Source: Salpingoeca rosetta
Taxonomy: Eukaryota; Protista; Choanoflagellata
Direction: 5' to 3'
Assembly: GCA_033442325.1 (NCBI GenBank)
Contig: JAWQFM010000033.1
Location: forward strand, 111,217-175,216
Length of the DNA: 64,000 bases
The translations under genes and the position numbers were made by a program. The first letter of the stretch is position 1; the number at the start of each line of letters is the position of its first letter. Shown piece after piece: positions 55,675-64,000 of the stretch. Under the pieces are notes generated by a model, which was not told where the DNA came from, did no database searches, and was given only the letters and a program-made list of their open reading frames with translations.

Positions 55675-56292
55675 ACAACGTCTGTCTGTCTGTCTGTCTG
55701 TCTGTCTGTGTGTGTGTGACTTTCCTGTGTATGTTGTGCCCATATGCACTTTGTGCTTGCCTTGCCGATCTCACGTGTCTAACAGCCTTTTGGTTTCCAC
55801 CGTCATATGTGTATTGGCTGCTCGTGCGGGCAGGCCTGTTACTTTCCCCGCTGCGTGCTCTCGCGTTTGTGCAGTTTTTGTGGTTCGTGTGGTGTGTAAA
55901 CGTTGGTCGGGTGTGATCTTGATGTGCGTGGACTAAATACACAGAACTGTATCGCTTATCTGTCACCTTTCATGCCGCGTCCGTGCGTTGAAAAGGAGAG
56001 TGGCTGCTTGCTCTCGCGCCAAGCAGCCTATTTTGAGGTGTGTGTCCTATAAATCGCTTCGGCTGCAAGCCTCCGTGGTTACTTGTTCATAGCTGATGAT
56101 CGTTGTCGGTGAACATTAAGTCACAGATCTTTCCCTTCAGTCCGCCTGCGTCGCTTGTCCCTAGCAGCTGTCTTAAACAACGGCCTGAAGTCTGCTGTGT
56201 CATGTTGCCCCAATTAATTTTGTTGTTGTACATGTTGCTGAAAAATGGCTGCTTCCACGCGTTGCAACTCTAAATTTGACACATGCAGTGGG

Positions 56293-56774
56293 TGTTGCAT
56301 GTTCATTATCGTGGCTGTTGTTGGAGACTTGTGTGTGTGTGCTGTGTGTGCTGTGTGTGCTGCGTGTTGTGTGGGAGATTGGCTTGACAAGAGGGAGGTG
56401 TGTGTGTGATAGCAGTAGAGACTGGGAGTGTTGCTTAGATATCGTGTGTGCACGAATGACGGTGACGTATGGATTGTTGCTACGTAATGATGTCTTCATT
56501 TCTTCTGCTTCTTTTGCTTTCCTGTCTTCTGCAGGTGTACTGCATTGTGCTTTGTGGTTCATTTCGTTTAGTCGTTCGACAATACACAAGATACAACAGT
56601 GTGTGTGTGTGTGTTTACTTGAGTTGTGAAGCAAACAAGGATGTAGGATGAATGAACACTCGAACAGAAAGAAACAGAGCATTCCAGAACACAACAGAGG
56701 TGAATGTAAATTGTGGTATCGTCAATAAGGGAGGTCAATGATATGACTCAGCTGAGAGGACTAGCCTGTCAACA
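56293..56774 (-). mobile_element. Divergent LTR related to the copia LTRs at 57699 and 62948
   Basis: TGTTG...CAACA termini. Shares blocks (GTTGTTGGAGACTTGTG, TTTACTTGAGTTGTGAAGCAAACAAGGATGTAGGATGAATGAACACT, ATTCCAGAACAC, GGGAGGTCAATGAT, GCCTGTCAACA) but has a different interior. No TSD. Confidence 0.8.
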
Positions 56775-57252
56775 GCCATTGACTGGCACATCCGGGCAAC
56801 CGGCGATGGAGTCGCCGGTGCCGTCGCCTTCTTCTGCGTACTGGTGTGCCTCGACGGCTGGGAGCAGACGCTGGCGCCGATTCCGGACAACTGCAGCATC
56901 CTACAGCCGCCCTCGTACCAGGACACGGACCCACATCAACACTGCGTCCCAGCGCGAGCAAGGGTCATGAACAACACGAGCACGCGGACAGGCAAGCGGG
57001 TCTTCAAGGGGATCAGCAAGCACAGCCATACAAGCATGCAGCTTGCCCAAGAGTCCCCCCGTGGCACCCAGAGCGCGAGGCAGGCAAGCAAGCTCAGACC
57101 CGATCGCAGACGAAGGCGCACAAGAAGCAGAGGGCGGAGACGCACGCAACGGGCAGGAAGGAGGAGAAGAATGACAAGGAGAAGAAGAAGGACACGAAGA
57201 AGAAGAAGAAGAAGAACACGAAGAAGAAGGATACGCAAGTGTGGACGGCGGG

Positions 57253-57559
57253 NNNNNNNNNNNNNNNNNNNNNNNNNNNNNNNNNNNNNNNNNNNNNNNN
57301 NNNNNNNNNNNNNNNNNNNNNNNNNNNNNNNNNNNNNNNNNNNNNNNNNNNNNNNNNNNNNNNNNNNNNNNNNNNNNNNNNNNNNNNNNNNNNNNNNNNN
57401 NNNNNNNNNNNNNNNNNNNNNNNNNNNNNNNNNNNNNNNNNNNNNNNNNNNNNNNNNNNNNNNNNNNNNNNNNNNNNNNNNNNNNNNNNNNNNNNNNNNN
57501 NNNNNNNNNNNNNNNNNNNNNNNNNNNNNNNNNNNNNNNNNNNNNNNNNNNNNNNNNNN
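57253..57559. other. Assembly gap (N run)
   Basis: Run of Ns. Confidence 1.
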
Positions 57560-57587
57560 ACTGCAGACACGCACACGCACACGCACA

Positions 57588-57698
57588 TGCACACGTGAGT
57601 TGTGTGCCATGTGTGCCATGTGTGTGTGTGCATGCCCGTCATGCTTGGCAAATGCCATGTGTGCGTGTCATGCAGTGTTGTGAAGTGTTGTCTGTTGT
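57588..57698 (-). repeat. Inverted copy of 63719-63827 (fragment of a second repeat family, 'B'), truncated by the adjacent LTR
   Basis: The reverse complement matches 63719-63827 with few mismatches and ends exactly at the LTR TG. Confidence 0.85.
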
Positions 57699-58134
57699 TG
57701 TTGTAAGTTCATGGTGGTGGTGCTGTTGTTGGAGACTTGTGTGTGTGTGTGTGCAGAGTGTGCTGTGTGTTGTGTGGGATATTGTCTTGGCAAGAGAGAG
57801 TTGTGTGTGTTTACTTGAGTTGTGAAGCAAACAAGGATGTAGGATGAATGAACACTCCAACAGAAAGAAACAGAGCAGAAGACAAGAATTGTCGACAACG
57901 CAAAGTGGTGACGTGGCAGTGTTTGTTGAGAGTTGTGTGTGTGTGGTTATGTGGTGTGTCATGCAAGAGCATGTAACATCGAGCAACCACACAAGCTAAA
58001 CACTGCACGTGCAACAGGTTGGAGGGAAATCACGTGAACATTCCAGAACACAAGAGAGGTGAATGCAAAGTTGTGGTGTCGTGAAGAAGGGAGGTCAATG
58101 ATACGACTCAGCAGACAGGACTGGCCTGTCAACA
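57699..58134 (-). repeat. 3' LTR (436 bp)
   Basis: TGTTG...CAACA; direct repeat of 62948-63385 with several substitutions and microsatellite indels. Confidence 0.92.
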
Positions 58135-58359
58135 GTAGAGGGCCAGCACGGCCGTGTTCTCACATGCGAAGCGCGCGCCTTCCTGTGACGTGATGAGCAT
58201 GTGGATGATGTCATCAGTTGCCGTTGAGCAGCTCTCGCCTTGTTCTTGAGATCCCGTTGGAGGAGCGGGGTGAACTCCTTGGACGCCAGGTTCCTGTGGT
58301 GCGCAGCCTGTTGTGGAAGGCTGGCCCGAGTGAAGGCGTGTCCTGTGGTGCGCGGCCGC

Positions 58360-61300
58360 TCAGAGGTCCTGACGCGGAGTCGAAGGACGTGGCGACCGGC
58401 CCGAATGAGGACGGGCCCGTGGCTGGCAGCCTGGCAGAGGACGCTGGTCGAACAGCATCGTGCAGAACTGAGCCGTCTTGGGCCGAGGGAGGATCTTCGT
58501 GAGGAGATCTGCGATCATGTGCTCCGTGGCGAGGTAGCTCAGCACAATCCTCTTGGTGTCGACGCACTCGCGGATGTAGTGGTACTTGACGAGGATGTGC
58601 CGCATGCGCGAGGCGGCGTGTTCGGCAACGCGCTGCGCCGGCTGGTTGTCCGTGTGGACGAGCGTGGGCTCGCACAGGACGGCGCCGGTGAGCTCCTCCT
58701 GGAGTTGGCGAAGGAACATGAGTTCCTGTGCGGTGGCTGCGAGAGCCATGTACTCCGCGTCGGCGGAGGCTGTGGCCACGGTGGCCTGCAGTTTGGAGTT
58801 CCAGGACACGGGGCCCGTGGAACAGAAGACGACGAAGCCCGTGCGGGAACGTCGCGTGTCAACGTCGGAGGCGAACGACGCATCCGAGTACGCTGAGAGC
58901 ACGCCGTCGGCAGTGCTGCCGTTGCTGGTGTCGCCAGTGGCGGCGTACTTGATGATGTAGGACAAGGTGCCCTTGATGTAGCGAAGAAGGTGCTTGGCAG
59001 CCTTCCAATGGTCCATGCCGAAGTGCTGCATACGGCGAGACAGGATGGAGACAGCCGCCGAGATGTCTGGGCGCGTCATCGTCGCAGCATAGAGGAGGGA
59101 GCCAAGCAGCTCGCGGAACGGCACGTCCGGGAGTGGCTCCTCCTTGTCGGCTGGCTTGTCGACGTAGCCTGTGCAGAGCGGCGTGCCGACAGGCTTGCAG
59201 TCAGCCATGCCGAAGGTCTCCAGCACGCTGCGCAGGTAGTGCTCCTGGCTCATGGTGACGGTCCTGGCCTTGCGGTCGTGCTGCACCTTGATGCCGAGAC
59301 AAATGTCTGGGCTGCCCAGGTCCTTCATCTTGAAGCGCTTGGAGATGGCCTTCTTGAACGCGGCCATGTCGCTGTCGCTGTCGGCGAAGATGAGGAGGTC
59401 GTCCACGTAGACGGCAACCCACATCACCTTGCCACCCTTGCAGGTGCGGCGGTAGATGCAGGCGTCCGTGGCTGTGGCGACGAAGTCCTGCTCGCGCATC
59501 CAGGCGTCCAGCGTGTGGTTCCACAGGCGCGGGCTCTGCTTCAGCCCATACAGCCCGCGCTTGAGGCGCAGGACCGTATTCGGCGAGAAGATGCCGTCGA
59601 CGGCCGGTGGCTGGACGTAGATCTCGTGATCCACGGGCGCGTTGAGGAACGCCGTGTTGACGTCCATCTGCTGGATGTCCATGCCACGCGCGACGGCCAT
59701 GGCGAGCATGGTGCGGATGGCTGCGATGGTGGCCGTCGGAGCAAAGGTGTCCGTGTAGTTGACACCTTGGACCTGGGAGTAGCCCTTGGCAACCCAGCGC
59801 GCCTTGTACTTGATCACCTTGCCCTGGTCGTCACGCTTCTTCCGAAAGATGACCATGCTGCGGAGCAGCTTGTGGCCCTTGGGAAGGTCAGCGCGAGGCA
59901 CGACGTCGTAGACGTCATTGGCCTGCATTGCCGCAAACTCGTCCAGGATGGCTTGGCGCCACTCCTCAGAGTCTGGCGAGGCAAGCGCCTCCTTGACGGT
60001 GGCTGGCTCAGCTGACGTGGCAACACTGCCAGCAGCGATGTCTGGTAGATGACCACCCACTGCTGATGTCTTCTCCCCCGTACCAGCAGCGCCGGTGGCA
60101 ACGTGACACGTGGTGGTTGAGCCACCAGAGGTGTCCTTGTCGCCGAGGGTCTCGGACACCAGCAGCTGGTCCCAGACGGAGCCGCCAAGGGCGCGTGGCT
60201 GGAGCTGCGGCTCCCCCGCACGTGGTGCAGTGGGAGCGCCGGTGGCACTGTCCTCGGTCGAACGCTGAGCGGTCTTGTTGGCATGCGAAGCAGAGGCACC
60301 GCTGTCGTCCTGCTCTTGTTGCTGCTGAGAGGAGGCGACGTCCTTGTTCTTGATGGCGCCGAAGCGTGCGTGGATGGTGTGGACAACGCGTCGCGTGTCC
60401 GGCATCCAGACGACGTGGGCCTGGTCCTCCTCGGCGAAGCCGACGTAGACGCCTACGCGCGAGCGTGGGTCAAGCTTGTGCCGCGTGCTGCTCTTCTCCA
60501 CATGCACGTAGGCCGGCGAGCTGAAGACGCGCAGCAGGCTGACGTCGAAGGGGTGCCCAGTCAGGGCCTCGAACGGTGACTTGTCCTTGAGGCTCCTGCG
60601 TGGCGCGATGTTGTGCAGCAGCGTNNNNNNNNNNNNNNNNNNNNNNNNNNNNNNNNNNNNNNNNNNNNNNNNNNNNNNNNNNNNNNNNNNNNNNNNNNNN
60701 NNNNNNNNNNNNNNNNNNNNNNNNNNNNNNNNNNNNNNNNNNNNNNNNNNNNNNNNNNNNNNNNNNNNNNNNNNNNNNNNNNNNNNNNNNNNNNNNNNNN
60801 NNNNNNNNNNNNNNNNNNNNNNNNNNNNNNNNNNNNNNNNNNNNNNNNNNNNNNNNNNNNNNNNNNNNNNNNNNNNNNNNNNNNNNNNNNNNNNNNNNNN
60901 NNNNNNNNNNNNNNNNNNNNNNNNNNNNNNNNNNNNNNNNNNNNNNNNNNNNNNNNNNNNNNNNNNNNNNNNNNNNNNNNNNNNNNNNNNNNNNNNNNNN
61001 NNNNNNNNNNNNNNNNNNNNNNNNNNNNNNNNNNNNNNNNNNNNNNNNNNNNNNNNNNNNNNNNNNNNNNNNNNNNNNNNNNNNNNNNNNNNNNNNNNNN
61101 NNNNNNNNNNNNNNNNNNNNNNNNNNNNNNNNNNNNNNNNNNNNNTGCTGCCCGGATGGCGTCGACGGCCGCGCTGCTGCGATGGCCTAGCACGTCGTGT
61201 GCAGAGGCGCCCTCGTCAGCATCCTCGGCTTCCCCATCGCTGCTGTGTACGAGCTCCCCCGCAAGCGCCGTGGCTTGTTGGGAGGTCGTGGTGCTGGCGT

Positions 61301-62943
61301 AGAGGAAGAGATGGCCGGTGTCCTTGGACGGCAGCAGAGGCACACTCCATGTGGCAAACTGGATACGGCTGTCATCCGCAGCAATGACGACGGAAGCACC
61401 ACGACGCGCGCGAGTCACCAGGTTCAGCGCCAGAAGGTTGTACTTGATGTCGGGGACATGCAGCACGTTCTTCAGCGTGATGGTGCCTGGAGCGCCGTCT
61501 GTGCCAGTCACGCGGAGCACGGCGTCGCCCTTGCCGATGACCGTGACGGTCTGGCTGTTGGCAACGGTGACGTGCTGCGTGACGGCGACGTAGTTGGTGA
61601 GGAGGGAGGCGTCGCTGGTGATGTGCGCCGTGGCACCGCTGTCAGCGAGCCACAGCTGTGGTGGCACTGGTCCGATGGCGTGGCCCTCCTCCTCGCCCTC
61701 GGGCTGCAGCATGAGGGCATCGTGGTGGATGGCGAAGGTCTCCACGCGCTGAGGGCCGTGGCTGACGACGGCCGCCTTCTTGAATGGAGCTGCTCGTCCG
61801 TGCTGCGGGCGAGAGGATCCTGGCCGCTTGCCGTTGCCGTTGCCGTGGTTGCGAAGCGTAGCCAGGATCTGCCGCACGTCGATGACGTGGTAGCGCTTGG
61901 CCGCCTGCAGCTTGCGGCACTGCTGCGCGCAGTGGCCGCGGAAGTTGCAGAACGCGCAAGTCACGCGCTCTGCAGGTGGACAGCATGGTCCACCGCTCGT
62001 GTCGGAGGGCGACGTGCCAGCGTGCATCGGCGATGCAGCGAAGGAGCCGGGGCTTGGCCCGCCGATGGCGAGCACGGGCGTGCGCTTCTTGGGACGATGC
62101 AGGCGGCGCTCCTCCTGGATGAGGTCCGCCGTCATCTTGGACAGCGATGGCGGCGGGTCCTCGCGCTCCATGAACCGCATCGCCACATCAAACTCTGCGG
62201 GGAGTTCGTTGCGGACGAGGGTGCGCAGGTCGTCCTCCGGGATGGACACGCCGGCAGCGAGGAGCTGCGAGTTGATGTCCGTGATGCGGGACATGAACGT
62301 GTCGACGGTGTCCGTGGGCAACCAGGTGGTCGAGGAGAGCTGCTGCCTTGAGGCGACTGACGTGGTCCTTGCCCGCTGCGGATGTAGCGCTCCGCGGAGG
62401 CGGCGCAGCGCAAGCACACCCGGAGCGGCCACGATTGTCGGGTGATGGCCCAGCCGCAGCGGGTGGTCCCGGTCAGGACGTCGGAGTAAGGAACGCGAGG
62501 ATGGCTGCGTCAACCTGTGGATCACGGGGATCCAGCAGGCCAGAGGCTCGGGACGCCACCTGCGCTCCTCCGCTCGGAGTGGCGGAAGAAGGCAGAGAGG
62601 AAGAGGAGGAAGATGGGTGAGCGCCGTGGTCGTCGCCATCGCCCTCGTCATCGTCGTCATCATGGTCCGCCACGTCGTGGCGGGCGCCAGTGCGGCGAGG
62701 GCCGCGTTGAGCGCGGGAGCGAGTGCGGGGACCCGAAGCACCGTGGGTGCTTGGGCTCGGCGATGAGGCAGCTGCTGGAGCCTGCCCGTCTCCTTGGTGG
62801 TCAGCACCACCCTCGGCGATGATGCCAGCGTCGATGCCAGCGGCGATGAGCTTGGCCTCGACGGTGATGAAGAAGAGGTTTGCATCCTGCTCAGCGCCAG
62901 CGAAGACCTTGATGCCGTCTGCGCTAATTGAGCTGGGTCTCAT
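58360..62943 (-). CDS. Copia gag-pol polyprotein (frameshifted in gag; integrase core falls in the N gap)
   Basis: Gag TVDTFMSRITDINSQLLAAG...LPAEFD, zinc knuckle CAFCNFRGHCAQQC, protease WLADSGATAH, HDVLGH before the gap, KLDPRS SH3-like segment, RT motifs YKARWVAKG, QMDVNTAFLN, LYGLKQS and YVDD, and RNase H motifs YSDASFA, TDNQPA and MIADLLTK. Confidence 0.93.
60625..61144. other. Assembly gap (N run) covering the integrase core
   Basis: Run of Ns. Confidence 1.
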
Positions 62944-62947
62944 AATC
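62933..62947 (-). promoter_or_regulatory. Primer-binding site GATTATGAGACCCAG (half-tRNA-Met type)
   Basis: Immediately follows the 5' LTR end on the minus strand. It is complementary to a Met anticodon arm (CTGGGTCTCATAATC), analogous to Drosophila copia GGTTATGGGCCCAG. Confidence 0.8.
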
Positions 62948-63385
62948 TGTTGTAAGTTCATGGTGGTGCTGTTGTTGGAGACTTGTGTGTGTGTGTGTGT
63001 GTGCTGTGTGCTGTGTGTGCTGTGTGTTGTGTGGGAGATTGTCTTGGCAAGAGAGAGAGTTGTGTGTGTTTACTTGAGTTGTGAAGCAAACAAGGATGTA
63101 GGATGAATGAACACTCCAACAGAAAGAAACAGAGCAGAAGACAAGAATTGTCGACAACGCAAAGTGGTGACGTGGCAGTGTTTGTTGAGAGTTGTGTGGT
63201 TATGTGGTGTGTTATGCAAGAACATGTAACATCGAGCAACCACACAAGCTAAACACTGCACGTGCAACAGGTTGGAGGGAAATCACGTGAACATTCCAGA
63301 ACACAAGAGAGGTGAATGCAAATTTGTGGTGTCGTAAAGAAGGGAGGTCAATGATGACTCAGCAGACAGGACTTGCCTGTCAACA
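62948..63385 (-). repeat. 5' LTR (438 bp)
   Basis: TGTTG...CAACA; adjacent to the PBS and the gag start. Confidence 0.93.
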
Positions 63386-63421
63386 CTAAACACTGCACGT
63401 GCAACAGGTTGGAGGGAAATC
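63386..63421 (-). repeat. 36-bp internal fragment of the same LTR family (remnant of the target LTR)
   Basis: CTAAACACTGCACGTGCAACAGGTTGGAGGGAAATC is identical to the LTR interior at ~63249-63284. Confidence 0.85.
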
Positions 63422-64000
63422 TGTTGAGACACGACAGGTGTGTGTAGAAACACGACAGGTGTGTGTGTGTGTTTACTGTAGGCAAACGCAACAAACAAGA
63501 ATACAAGGAGAATGAACAAGTACAGCAAGCTGCTGCCCAATCTAACTCAGGCAGCACGCTCAAACAAACACTAGACAAGTGCACACACAGTCAGCAACGC
63601 TGCCAAGGCGACATGGGCAGAGTGTGCACGAACACAAACAATCTAAACAACGACCAGCATGCATACATGCGCGCAGAGCAATGCTAGGCATGGCATGAAT
63701 GCTTGCAGGCAAGCATACACAACAGACAACACTTCACAACACTGCATGGCACGCACACATGGCATTTGCCAAGCATGGCGGGCATGCACACACACATGGC
63801 ACACATGACACACAACTCACGTGTGCAGGGGAAAGAGGAGGAGAGGCAGGTGGTACACATGCATGCCAGCAGAAGCAGGAAGGAATGCTTGCCGAACGGA
63901 AAAGCCACAAAGCAAGGGGTTGTTGGAAAACAAGGAAAAAACGACACGCGAAGGCAAATTAGGAAAGACTCGACAGAGAACAGAAACTCACTGACTCTAA
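63422..64000. mobile_element. Probable LTR or terminus of a second element family ('B'), running off the window
   Basis: Begins TGTTGAG exactly where the LTR fragment is cut. Contains a tandem ACACGACAGGTGTGTGT pair, and part of it recurs inverted at 57588-57698. Confidence 0.55.

Larger units (their letters stand above)
57699..63385 (-). mobile_element. Ty1/copia LTR retrotransposon, near full length (~5.7 kb)
   Basis: Two direct LTRs, a PBS, and gag-PR-IN-RT-RH domain order. The flanks (GTTGT and CTAAA) do not form a TSD. Confidence 0.95.

Noticed and set aside
56049-56055. TATAAAT downstream of RPB9
   Set aside because: No associated gene is evident, and a single 7-mer is not sufficient evidence.
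58240-60015. Plus-strand ORFs antisense to pol
   Set aside because: These are codon-bias shadows of the RT/RNase H frame.
57588-63827. Inverted repeats flanking the copia element as TIRs of a composite DNA transposon
   Set aside because: The repeat is internal to family B sequence, is cut by the LTR, and there is no transposase or TSD. Nesting explains it better.

Overview
Intron-rich eukaryotic DNA with (GT)n/(CA)n microsatellites in most introns and two N gaps. The style is most consistent with a choanoflagellate such as Salpingoeca rosetta (inference). Most ORFs in the supplied track are microsatellite artefacts, so genes were assembled by hand from GT-AG spliced exons. In order: a weak gene fragment at the left edge; ATG13 (+); a P/Q-rich hypothetical gene (+); an ABCG/White half-transporter (+); a split-PH/PDZ scaffold (+); a very large DH-PH-RBD RhoGEF (+); profilin (-) head-to-head with ARPC1 (+); a secreted GH92 alpha-mannosidase (+); and a TMEM160-like gene (-) head-to-head with an N-terminally extended RPB9 (+). 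From about 56.3 kb there is a nested cluster of Ty1/copia LTR retrotransposon sequence, including one near full-length minus-strand element. The most notable signals are: (1) a compact actin-regulation neighbourhood with a divergent profilin/ARPC1 promoter that shares a 15-bp motif with the RhoGEF upstream region; (2) reciprocal LTR-in-LTR nesting; (3) a copia primer-binding site matching a Met-tRNA anticodon arm, with no polypurine tract; (4) polarised GT/CA intron repeats.
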